From a virus, in IMG/VR virus record IMGVR_UViG_3300045988_165550, positions 1 through 64,000 of that record: DNA of 64,000 nt; one strand, given 5' to 3'. This document shows, in pieces, positions 8,993-16,432 of this stretch. Position 1 is the first letter of the stretch. Each line of letters opens with the position of its first letter. The translations under genes and the position numbers were made by a program. Under the pieces are notes generated by a model. That model saw only the letters and a list, made by a program, of their open reading frames with translations. It had not been told where the DNA came from and searched no databases.

Positions 8993-9019
8993 AGCCCTAG
9001 GCGCATCACGGTTAAGCGC
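8993..9019 (+). promoter_or_regulatory. Conserved hairpin leader, copy 3 (AGCCCTAG GCGC ATCACGGTTAA GCGC)
   Basis: 6 nt upstream of ATG 9026. Perfect 4-bp stem. Confidence 0.7.
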
Positions 9020-9025
9020 AAGAAC

Positions 9026-9637
9026 ATGAAGAAGTTTTTTGTATATTTCGACAAGAAAGTTATCATCAACTCAGCAGAAGAAGCCGAGGAGTTTATTAAT
9101 AGCCTGACCGACAAAAACGAGCCTGGCGGCAGAAAACTGGAGGTTAACTACAACGTTCACGCTCTTCTGAAAAAGATTTATCAGGATGAGCAGGCGGGCA
9201 GAAAATTGCAGACTACGGGCTGTAGCCCTTCATCCTTCATCTATTGCTATCCTGCCCTTGCTGATACACCTGAAGAGTGCGAGAAGGCTATCATAGCGAA
9301 AGAGGCAGCAGACCGCAAGCGCAAGCAGGATGAGGAGATCCAGGAGAAGCAGCGCATAGCCCGAGAAATCAACGAGCGCCGCAAGGAGCTGGCTGCGATG
9401 CCGAAGGGCACCTATACCGTGGAGATTATTATCTCCATTCTCGACCATCACACCTGCGGTCCTTTTCATGATGTAGCCATTATCGGGTGCCAGGCCGAGA
9501 ACGGCGAAGATGCCTACAAGAAGGCGACGGAGAAGCTGAGAGATAAGTACGGCGACGACCTTCTCGATTACGAGACTATCGCCACCACTCAGATTATCCC
9601 CGTCCCTGCGTTACAGATAACAAGTACTTTGTTATAG
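9026..9637 (+). CDS. hypothetical protein
   Basis: 203 aa. Preceded by leader copy 3. Confidence 0.7.
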   Translation: MKKFFVYFDKKVIINSAEEAEEFINSLTDKNEPGGRKLEVNYNVHALLKKIYQDEQAGRKLQTTGCSPSSFIYCYPALADTPEECEKAIIAKEAADRKRKQDEEIQEKQRIAREINERRKELAAMPKGTYTVEIIISILDHHTCGPFHDVAIIGCQAENGEDAYKKATEKLRDKYGDDLLDYETIATTQIIPVPALQITSTLL

Positions 9638-9673
9638 CATTGGCGATTTATTACTAGTTTATAGATTATATTC

Positions 9674-9699
9674 AGCCCTACCGCATCACGGTTAAGCGG
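9674..9699 (+). promoter_or_regulatory. Conserved hairpin leader, copy 4 (AGCCCTA CCGC ATCACGGTTAA GCGG)
   Basis: 7 nt upstream of ATG 9707. Compensatory C-G pair relative to copy 3. Confidence 0.7.
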
Positions 9700-9706
9700 A
9701 TAAGAT

Positions 9707-10297
9707 ATGAGAATTACAATCGATGGTGGACATAATATATTATCCTGCGTAAATATTCCTCTTTGTGATGCTAAGTACACGAAGTTTGGTGAAGGCTTTT
9801 TTGATAGTGAAGCCCTGGAAAGCAGTGATACCTTGGAGGATATTGTCCGTGAACGCTTTGAGTCTTTTTCAACACGCGAAAACGGATGGAAGGAGTTTTC
9901 AGAGTGGAAAAAGAAGAACGAAGATAAAGCCTGGTACGATTTGCGAGAGGGCGAGAATGGAGGTCTCTACATTGTTGCCGGTGATTCTGAGAGTATTAGG
10001 TTTATATCAAAGGTTGATTTTCTTGCACTCGATTATAAGGGTTACGAGATAAACGTTTATAGCTGGGGTAAGGATCTCTACTCTTTTGGTTTCTGGATAG
10101 ACCCTGAAGGCGGAATCCTTCGAGCTTCTGACGATGAGCGATCTTGTTTCTTTTATGATGATTTGGAAAATGACGCAGCAGATTATCCGAGAAAGGATTT
10201 CAACTTCAAGGCAGCTCTCGATGATTTGGTCGCACATAGCGACGACTATCAGAATAGCAACGAGGATGAGGAGGAAGAAGACGACGAGGAGAAATAA
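9707..10297 (+). CDS. hypothetical acidic protein (poly-D/E C-terminus)
   Basis: 196 aa, ends NSNEDEEEEDDEEK. Preceded by leader copy 4. Confidence 0.7.
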   Translation: MRITIDGGHNILSCVNIPLCDAKYTKFGEGFFDSEALESSDTLEDIVRERFESFSTRENGWKEFSEWKKKNEDKAWYDLREGENGGLYIVAGDSESIRFISKVDFLALDYKGYEINVYSWGKDLYSFGFWIDPEGGILRASDDERSCFFYDDLENDAADYPRKDFNFKAALDDLVAHSDDYQNSNEDEEEEDDEEK

Positions 10298-10301
10298 AAA
10301 A

Positions 10302-10342
10302 GCCCCGACCGAAGCCGGGGCAACCGCGAGCCTTCCGGCTCG
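10302..10342 (+). terminator. Two tandem GC hairpins (GCCCCG..CGGGGC; CGAGCC ttcc GGCTCG)
   Basis: Read directly after stop 10297. Weak U-tract. Confidence 0.45.
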
Positions 10343-10544
10343 AATCTACTATAGTAGAAATTTGGCTCTGTAAGAGCGTTTAAATCCACAGACTTTGAAG
10401 AGTCTGACCGTCAACGGAAGCTATATGTTTCTTTTTATTCCATAAAGGTTCGATTGAAATCTTCCGAAGACGGTGCAAATTTAAAAAATAAAATAATACG
10501 GCGTATCAATTTACCTGAAAAATTATAGAATTTTATGTTTTTAA

Positions 10545-10570
10545 AGCCCTACCGCATCACGGATAAGCGG
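10545..10570 (+). promoter_or_regulatory. Conserved hairpin leader, copy 5 (AGCCCTA CCGC ATCACGGATAA GCGG)
   Basis: 7 nt upstream of ATG 10578. Confidence 0.7.
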
Positions 10571-10577
10571 AATAAAG

Positions 10578-10856
10578 ATGTTTAAGATATTGCACGCCTT
10601 CCTTGATTATCCCTTCTGCTCGTTCGAGTTTCTGAATCTCGACACTCAGGATCATATATTTGCTTCATTCTTCGATGATCCTCTCTATGAGCTTCTGAAA
10701 GAGTGCGGGGTGAATTACGACCACGAATTAGAAGGGAAGATAATAGAGAAGATTCCGTCCGATTTGCGCATACATACCAGGGAGTATGCCGTTATCAGGG
10801 CGCAACAATATTTAGACGGTTCTTGGTTCTTTCCCTGGCTAAAGAAGAAAAAGTAA
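10578..10856 (+). CDS. hypothetical small protein
   Basis: 92 aa. Preceded by leader copy 5. Confidence 0.65.
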   Translation: MFKILHAFLDYPFCSFEFLNLDTQDHIFASFFDDPLYELLKECGVNYDHELEGKIIEKIPSDLRIHTREYAVIRAQQYLDGSWFFPWLKKKK

Positions 10857-10867
10857 TATAATCATTC

Positions 10868-10893
10868 AGCCCTACCGCATCACGGCGAAGCGG
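10868..10893 (+). promoter_or_regulatory. Conserved hairpin leader, copy 6 (AGCCCTA CCGC ATCACGGCGAA GCGG)
   Basis: 6 nt upstream of ATG 10900. Confidence 0.7.
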
Positions 10894-10899
10894 ATTTTT

Positions 10900-11409
10900 A
10901 TGGAGAAAGATAGATTTGTCGTAAATCCCAGTAAGACCGAATCAGTAACATGGACGGTTGAAGATAATGTATCAGGCATAGGAATCACTTTCGTAGAAGG
11001 AGATTTGTTTGATACTTGTAGATATTTTGTCATCGACAAAGAAAAATGCAAGAATAAGGATATTGATGGCATCGTTGCAAATATCACTAAGTGGATAGGT
11101 GAGAATCACTTGGATCTGGCTGTATGCAACGTTTCTGCCCGATTACGCGCTATCTGGCTGATGAACGATTACTATAGCTTGGCAGTTATTACTCGGGCTA
11201 TTAAGGGTATCTCTCCTAACGATGTGGATATGGCGAATGCTTCTGATATTCTCTTTAACAAGGTTCGCGATTACGTTCTTACGGGCGATGGCGAAAATGA
11301 GTTCAATCATCTCATAGGGCGAACTCGACTTCTGGGTGCGGTATCTATGCTATCAGATAAAGAGGCAATGGAACTGTTTTTGCGTGGCTTCGGTTTATTG
11401 GAACTATAA
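10900..11409 (+). CDS. hypothetical protein
   Basis: 169 aa. Preceded by leader copy 6. Confidence 0.7.
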   Translation: MEKDRFVVNPSKTESVTWTVEDNVSGIGITFVEGDLFDTCRYFVIDKEKCKNKDIDGIVANITKWIGENHLDLAVCNVSARLRAIWLMNDYYSLAVITRAIKGISPNDVDMANASDILFNKVRDYVLTGDGENEFNHLIGRTRLLGAVSMLSDKEAMELFLRGFGLLEL

Positions 11410-11563
11410 AGCCAAGGCTGAAATAGAAGTTGGTAATTATGCAGCTGATATTGCTCATTGGCCGGACTATTTATCCAGCGAGCAGCAAAACGAAGCGATG
11501 GGTAACGATAGCAAGTTTATCGAAGCTGAAGGTTTTGAACTCGAAGAGGAAGAGGAAAATTAG
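11336..11563 (+). CDS. possible overlapping ORF or +1-frame extension of the preceding gene (acidic tail)
   Basis: The portion after 11409 (KAKAEIEVGNYAADIAHWPDYLSSEQQNEAMGNDSKFIEAEGFELEEEEEN) looks protein-like. The only in-frame ATGs are at 11336 (74-nt overlap) or near the 3' end. Confidence 0.25.
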   Translation: MRYLCYQIKRQWNCFCVASVYWNYKAKAEIEVGNYAADIAHWPDYLSSEQQNEAMGNDSKFIEAEGFELEEEEEN

Positions 11564-11642
11564 AACACAAAAAGGCTTTGGCCAAACTTCTATTTCGGGA
11601 AAATAGAACATTTTATAGCAACTTTTTAAATTCACAAAGAAA

Positions 11643-12206
11643 ATGGAGAATAACAAAACATCAAACAAGAAGGGGAGACCTGCAGCAGAGGGCAAGGCTC
11701 ACAAATACGTGGTGCCCGATGATGTACACGACTGGATCAGAAAGCACGGAGGCAGCCGATATATCACGGATATTGTACGCGCTATCGAGGCTGCGACCTT
11801 AAAGGCGCAAGGACAGCAGCAGAAAAGCGAGGAGAAGGAACTGAATAATCATGACAGCAGCCCTTCGGTGCAGGCTTCTAACTTCAAACAGGTAATCGAG
11901 CATATTTGCATACCTGTGACAGATGAACCTATCGAGGAGCAGGATCGCAAGCTGATTTGCAATGTGAAACGTATCAGATATGGTTATCCTGTAAATTCTG
12001 ATTCTAATGGTGGATCATGGAGGTTAGATGAAGATGTAGATGCAACAACACTTCATAAACTTGCCGAAATAATTCGCCAGTGTTTGAAGAGCGATTATGA
12101 TCAAGGCCTTTGTTCGGGAACTCCTCACAGATTTGAAGACTACGTTATAGAAGGCATAGAGATTTGCAAGGATTCTGGGGTAGCTACTGTTACCTTCGGT
12201 AGCTAG
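11643..12206 (+). CDS. hypothetical protein
   Basis: 187-aa ORF with a basic N-terminus. No recognisable motif. Confidence 0.6.
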   Translation: MENNKTSNKKGRPAAEGKAHKYVVPDDVHDWIRKHGGSRYITDIVRAIEAATLKAQGQQQKSEEKELNNHDSSPSVQASNFKQVIEHICIPVTDEPIEEQDRKLICNVKRIRYGYPVNSDSNGGSWRLDEDVDATTLHKLAEIIRQCLKSDYDQGLCSGTPHRFEDYVIEGIEICKDSGVATVTFGS

Positions 12207-12220
12207 TCACTCCTCGTTAT

Positions 12221-12246
12221 AGCATCGGTGAAACTTCATCGATGCT
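12221..12246 (+). terminator. Hairpin AGCATCG..CGATGCT followed by the conserved box GCTGCGACAAAATTATAAA
   Basis: 7-bp stem read directly. The 3' arm plus box recurs at 14821-14841. Confidence 0.45.
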
Positions 12247-12296
12247 GCGACAAAATTATAAACATTAATATTAATACTTTAAAGATTATAGACATT

Positions 12297-12419
12297 ATGA
12301 AAAAAGCAATTACTTACTCCCTTGCAGCCCTCGCCTTCGTAGGTGTAGCCGTGCTGCTCTTCTCTACCATCGGCGTGGCAGTGTTTTTCCTGCCCCTTCT
12401 GGCAGGAGCATTCAAATAA
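12297..12419 (+). CDS. hypothetical small membrane protein (40 aa)
   Basis: MKKAITYSLAALAFVGVAVLLFSTIGVAVFFLPLLAGAFK. ATG 12297 is preferred over the GTG at 12228, which lies inside the terminator. Confidence 0.45.
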   Translation: MKKAITYSLAALAFVGVAVLLFSTIGVAVFFLPLLAGAFK

Positions 12420-12462
12420 GATATATCAATTTTAATACTTTCGTTTTAAAGATTATAAGATT

Positions 12463-13767
12463 ATGACTAATAAGGAACTGAATATGGCTATCCTCAGTAA
12501 GTTGTATGAGATAGCCGAAATGATTTGGCAGAAGATGGCACGAAACGACCATGGTTGTTTTCGTGCCAGCGAGATAGCAAAGAACCTGGATAAGATTTTT
12601 TGCTGGGGTGATGTAGATAAGGATGAACTTTTTCAGGTAGAGGTGGATAGCTTCCGCTGCGAGTTTGCTGCTGCGTATATCTTTCGTCTTGTTACCAAGT
12701 TCGAGGGGCTTGCCGGTATCGGCAAGAATGCGCACATGTTTACTTATCAGGAGGAGGATAGCAAGGAACGTGGATGCGTATGCTTCCAGGCTACCAGGGA
12801 GATGGCAGAGCTTTGCGATTTCGTCAACAAAAAGCATAATATGGCGGCAATAACCAGTATCTTTATAGATGCAGAGAAAAACCGCCTGGTGGCTACTGAT
12901 AGCCATAAGCTGCTGGCTATGCCTGTTACCATCACTCAAAAATCGGGTGATACCCGCGAAATGCTTATCAATGCGAAGACCTGGAAGAAGATGTGCGCAA
13001 AGATGAAGCCAGGCGAAGTGTACGACCTGGTGGCAGTGAAACTGGATAATCGTGAAGAGGCTACCGTGATAGAGTTTGATGGCTTGACTTCCTATGAGCC
13101 TTCTCCTTGCCGGTTCGTAGACTGGGCTTCCTGCTTTGGCAATATCTTCGACGGATATTGTGCTCATGTAGGCGATAGCTGGGATGCTATCCGCAAGATG
13201 ATCCGCTCCAGCAAGGGTGGAGATTGTGCTTATCTTTCCGGTAGGATGGGCGAAAAGTTCATCCAGATAAAAGTGGGCGAAGACGTGGCGACCTTTGCCA
13301 CCGATGAAGTGCTGAAGCGTAGTTTCGCCCTGTGTTTTGGACGTGAGCATCTACTGGCTATTCCTCAGTTGGATATTCTGTATCTGGGCACCGAGGCGAA
13401 GACTCCGAAGATGGCTGAGTGCAAGAACGGAAACATCTATCTGCTCTGCCCTCGCAAGGATGGCGATTCGTATATCGGCGAGAAGGTGGCTGCGCCATCT
13501 TTAGAGAAAAAGGTTGTACCATCTTCAAAGAAAAAGGTTGCATCGTTATCGCACATCTGTGATTTTAAGCCTGTATGCGGCTATCTTGCATCATCGCCTA
13601 TCATTGTACCATTTGGGCGTGATAAGGGCGTAGGCGCAAGGAAAAACCACTATCTGGTAGGCGTGGCTGCCTGCCCTATGCCACCACCTGGGGATGAGAT
13701 AAAGCTTTTGCCCTTACAGGGCGAGAGGGGTGCGCCTATGATTACCCAGGGCGCTACCCTGGGCTAG
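12463..13767 (+). CDS. DnaN (beta-clamp) domain-like protein, divergent
   Basis: IFIDAEKNRLVATDSHKLLAMPV matches the clamp signature l-vATDghRLa. The 3' end runs into triple-hairpin element copy B, so the true C-terminus is uncertain. Confidence 0.45.
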   Translation: MTNKELNMAILSKLYEIAEMIWQKMARNDHGCFRASEIAKNLDKIFCWGDVDKDELFQVEVDSFRCEFAAAYIFRLVTKFEGLAGIGKNAHMFTYQEEDSKERGCVCFQATREMAELCDFVNKKHNMAAITSIFIDAEKNRLVATDSHKLLAMPVTITQKSGDTREMLINAKTWKKMCAKMKPGEVYDLVAVKLDNREEATVIEFDGLTSYEPSPCRFVDWASCFGNIFDGYCAHVGDSWDAIRKMIRSSKGGDCAYLSGRMGEKFIQIKVGEDVATFATDEVLKRSFALCFGREHLLAIPQLDILYLGTEAKTPKMAECKNGNIYLLCPRKDGDSYIGEKVAAPSLEKKVVPSSKKKVASLSHICDFKPVCGYLASSPIIVPFGRDKGVGARKNHYLVGVAACPMPPPGDEIKLLPLQGERGAPMITQGATLG

Positions 13768-13796
13768 GAGCTTCTGCCCTTTCAGGGCGTGCTGCT
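13703..13796 (-). repeat. Triple-hairpin palindromic element, copy B (inverted relative to 937-1036)
   Basis: Hairpins at 13710-13722, 13745-13763 and 13776-13788. The reverse complement aligns with copy A over about 90 nt with scattered mismatches. Confidence 0.85.
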
Positions 13797-13899
13797 TGAG
13801 TAGATTTAATAAAAACGTGAAGGTATATAATAATTCCGGAAGCCTTTGCGTTACTTTAATATACATATACATTATAGAACAATTTTAAAACTAGAAAAT

Positions 13900-14730
13900 A
13901 TGACAGATAATAAAGAGATAGTTGTCATTCCATGTAATGATCACGCCATTTTCTTTGATGAGTTCGGCGTATTGCGTGAGCGCATCGGTATTGCATGGAA
14001 GAAAGATAAAGACTGTTTAGAAAAGCTGGATAATCAGTATTATATCAGCGAAGAAGGTCATTGGAATCTTCCTGCAGGTGAGAATGACGATTTTGAGTAT
14101 AGCCCCATCATCGCCCATCGTGGAGAGACGGTACCTTTTGAAAATCTACGTGACATCTTTGGATATACTCGATATATTTCATCGGTTATTCCCGACCTGA
14201 AGGGTTATGATGTTCATATAGACAAATCGAATATGACCGGTTCTTTAAAGGTATTTATTGACTACGATTTCTATGATGACGAATTTCCTGATGGCGGATG
14301 TTCATCCTACGAACTGACGGTAGAAACAGACAGGGAAGTATTAGTTATGTCTTTATTGGAGAGTCTGCGCTTTACGAATCTCGGTTTAGAGGATAGAGAT
14401 GTGGATGTACTAGGGACACTGAAAGACTACCTGGTCCCTTTCCTGATAGAATACTGCAAGCTGATGAGTTCAAAGGTTGAGTTTGGAATATTCTTCCGGA
14501 AATCAACCTCAAGTGATGCTGACCTACGCAAAGATAGAAATCGCATCATCTGTGAGGATGAAAAGAAGTATCTCGGACTGATACGAAAATTTGTGAAGGA
14601 GGAATTTGAAAAGGAGTGGAACAATTTTCTGGACAGAGAGTATCAGAAGGAACTTTATAAGAAGAAGCATGACGAGTGGCAGCAGGAAGCCGCCAGCGGG
14701 TACGACAGGAATCCTAATCTGATGGAGTAG
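13900..14730 (+). CDS. hypothetical protein
   Basis: Start set to ATG 13900 (context aaaactagaaaatATG); the track start is a TTG. No recognisable motif. Confidence 0.6.
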   Translation: MTDNKEIVVIPCNDHAIFFDEFGVLRERIGIAWKKDKDCLEKLDNQYYISEEGHWNLPAGENDDFEYSPIIAHRGETVPFENLRDIFGYTRYISSVIPDLKGYDVHIDKSNMTGSLKVFIDYDFYDDEFPDGGCSSYELTVETDREVLVMSLLESLRFTNLGLEDRDVDVLGTLKDYLVPFLIEYCKLMSSKVEFGIFFRKSTSSDADLRKDRNRIICEDEKKYLGLIRKFVKEEFEKEWNNFLDREYQKELYKKKHDEWQQEAASGYDRNPNLME

Positions 14731-14790
14731 TTATCGCTATGTACTGGTTATGCTATACTGGTATTATAGCAGCATAACAGAAACTTTATA

Positions 14791-14825
14791 GCAGCAGGGA
14801 AAATCCACGGATTCCGCCCTGCTGC
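14791..14825 (+). terminator. Hairpin GCAGCAGGG..CCCTGCTGC followed by the conserved box GCTGCGACAGAATTATAAA
   Basis: 9-bp stem read directly. Confidence 0.5.
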
Positions 14826-14865
14826 GACAGAATTATAAATAAAAACTTTCTAATTTTTTTGGCTT

Positions 14866-15831
14866 ATGAAAACAAAGACGTTTTTGTTTGCCACCACCTT
14901 CATGATGATGGCAGCGTGCATGAATACTTCATGCAGCAAGTATGCAGATGAGTTTACGGATTCCTATCAGGACGCACAGACGGATGCAGCCGTGGGCGTG
15001 GAGCATGTGAAGCTGAACCTTTCGGCTCCGGAGGTTGCTCTGGGCGACGGATCCGCTACCCGTGCAGTCCTGCAAGCCGACGGCAAGAGCATGACGGATA
15101 TTTATATCTTTGATTATAATCAGACGAGCGGTAAACTGCTGCAGGTGCTTCATCAGACCAATAGCGCCGAGGATTTTGCGCAGCCTGATATGACGCTTGC
15201 TTATGGCGACCACACCTTGAAGGTGATTGCCACACGCAGCGTCTCCCCTACCCTGCTGGATGCCGATTCGGCTGCATGGGCTGCGAAGGATAATGTGCTC
15301 ACGCCTATCTCAGACAAAGTGCCGGCTATCTTGACGAGCGGCAAGACTTCGGATAGCTTCGGGGCTACCAAGGACGTGAGCGTTACGCCCGGCAAGGCAT
15401 TGGCGGTGAATATCCAGATGGAGCGTATCGTGGCGAAGCTGGTGCTTGACGTGACGGATGCGATTCCTGCGGATTGCAGTAATCTGATGATGGGCCTGGA
15501 TGAGTACTGCCATTTTTCGTGGGAGGATTTCGACGTTATACAGCCGGTGAGAAATCAGAGAACCTACGATATGACTACCTATGCTGGCGGAAATGGCGTG
15601 TTGATTACGTATTTCGTGTTGGTGCCATCGGATGGCTATTCATCGGATATTACCTTTACCCTGGGCAAGAAGGGCAGTGATAAGCCTTATTCTAAGTTCA
15701 CGGTGCAGAATGTTCCGTTTGAGCGTAATAAGGTTACGACGATTAGGGGTAAGTATTACAACCACCAGTCGGGCGTTTCCTTTTCGCTGAAGGCGGAATG
15801 GAATAAGAACGGAAACGATGTGGAGATTTAG
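14866..15831 (+). CDS. lipoprotein, Bacteroidales fimbrillin (FimB/Mfa2)-like
   Basis: Signal peptide plus lipobox (MMMAAC). The overall pattern (SATRA..., MERIVAKLVLDV) resembles fimbrillin-family lipoproteins. Confidence 0.4.
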   Translation: MKTKTFLFATTFMMMAACMNTSCSKYADEFTDSYQDAQTDAAVGVEHVKLNLSAPEVALGDGSATRAVLQADGKSMTDIYIFDYNQTSGKLLQVLHQTNSAEDFAQPDMTLAYGDHTLKVIATRSVSPTLLDADSAAWAAKDNVLTPISDKVPAILTSGKTSDSFGATKDVSVTPGKALAVNIQMERIVAKLVLDVTDAIPADCSNLMMGLDEYCHFSWEDFDVIQPVRNQRTYDMTTYAGGNGVLITYFVLVPSDGYSSDITFTLGKKGSDKPYSKFTVQNVPFERNKVTTIRGKYYNHQSGVSFSLKAEWNKNGNDVEI

Positions 15832-15869
15832 ATTATAGTTGATAGTTTATAGTTTATAGACTATAGGGG
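15832..15869 (+). repeat. Heptamer array (ATTATAG TTGATAG TTTATAG TTTATAG ACTATAG)
   Basis: 7-nt periodicity read directly. Confidence 0.8.
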
Positions 15870-15877
15870 AAATCAGA

Positions 15878-16420
15878 GGGTGCAAACGTACTCTAGACTA
15901 TCGTACTATTGAACGTTTGCACCTTTGTTCTTTTACACTATAGTACATTTCCATCTCTACATTTTGGTACACCCGCACCTTTGTTCTTTAGTACTATAGT
16001 ACATTTCCATCTTTACACTTTTGTACATCTACACCTTTGCCCTTTAGTACTTTTGTACGCTTACACCTTGGTACGAGGTAAACGGTTTCGTAGATATGAT
16101 TTTCAATTTTTGAAGATAAAAACGGGGCTTTCGCACGATTGCACTTTTCGCCTTTCGTACTCTAGTACTATCGCACTATCGTACTATCTAATATCCACAC
16201 CTTAGAACCTTCCGCCATTTGTACTATAGTACTATCGTACTATTTCTATTCTTAATAATTAAATAAGATTAAAATCTTAGAAATATATACGGATTTACTT
16301 GCAGGATTCATTTATTTTTCGTACTTTTGCACCGTAGTACTTTGGTACGATAGAGTATTTGAGCTTAGGTTCATTTGTACTTTAGTACTCGTAGTTTGAA
16401 TTTTATTATTAATACTTTAA
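15878..16420. repeat. GTAC tetramer-box array upstream of parA; candidate centromere/operator
   Basis: I count 21 GTAC between 15888 and 16390. 56-bp tandem units at 15919-15972, 15975-16030 and 16031-16078. Repeated GTACTNTAG(T)ACTATCGTACTAT blocks. Inverted repeat GGTGCAAACG..CGTTTGCACC at 15878-15923. Confidence 0.6.
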
Positions 16421-16432
16421 AATATAAAGATT

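Noticed and set aside
12412-13350. A long antisense ORF (312 aa). Similar shadow ORFs lie at 4722-5426, 29187-30050, 58235-59158 and 62079-62807.
   Set aside because: Each lies entirely opposite a well-supported gene (clamp-like protein, J-domain protein, dnaN, tape measure). None has a recognisable motif, and their composition is typical of antisense frames.
15909-16205. A 98-aa ORF inside the GTAC repeat array.
   Set aside because: Its sequence (…HFHLYTFVHLHLCPLVLLYAYTLV…) is simply the translation of the 56-bp tandem repeats, and the track start is a non-ATG codon.
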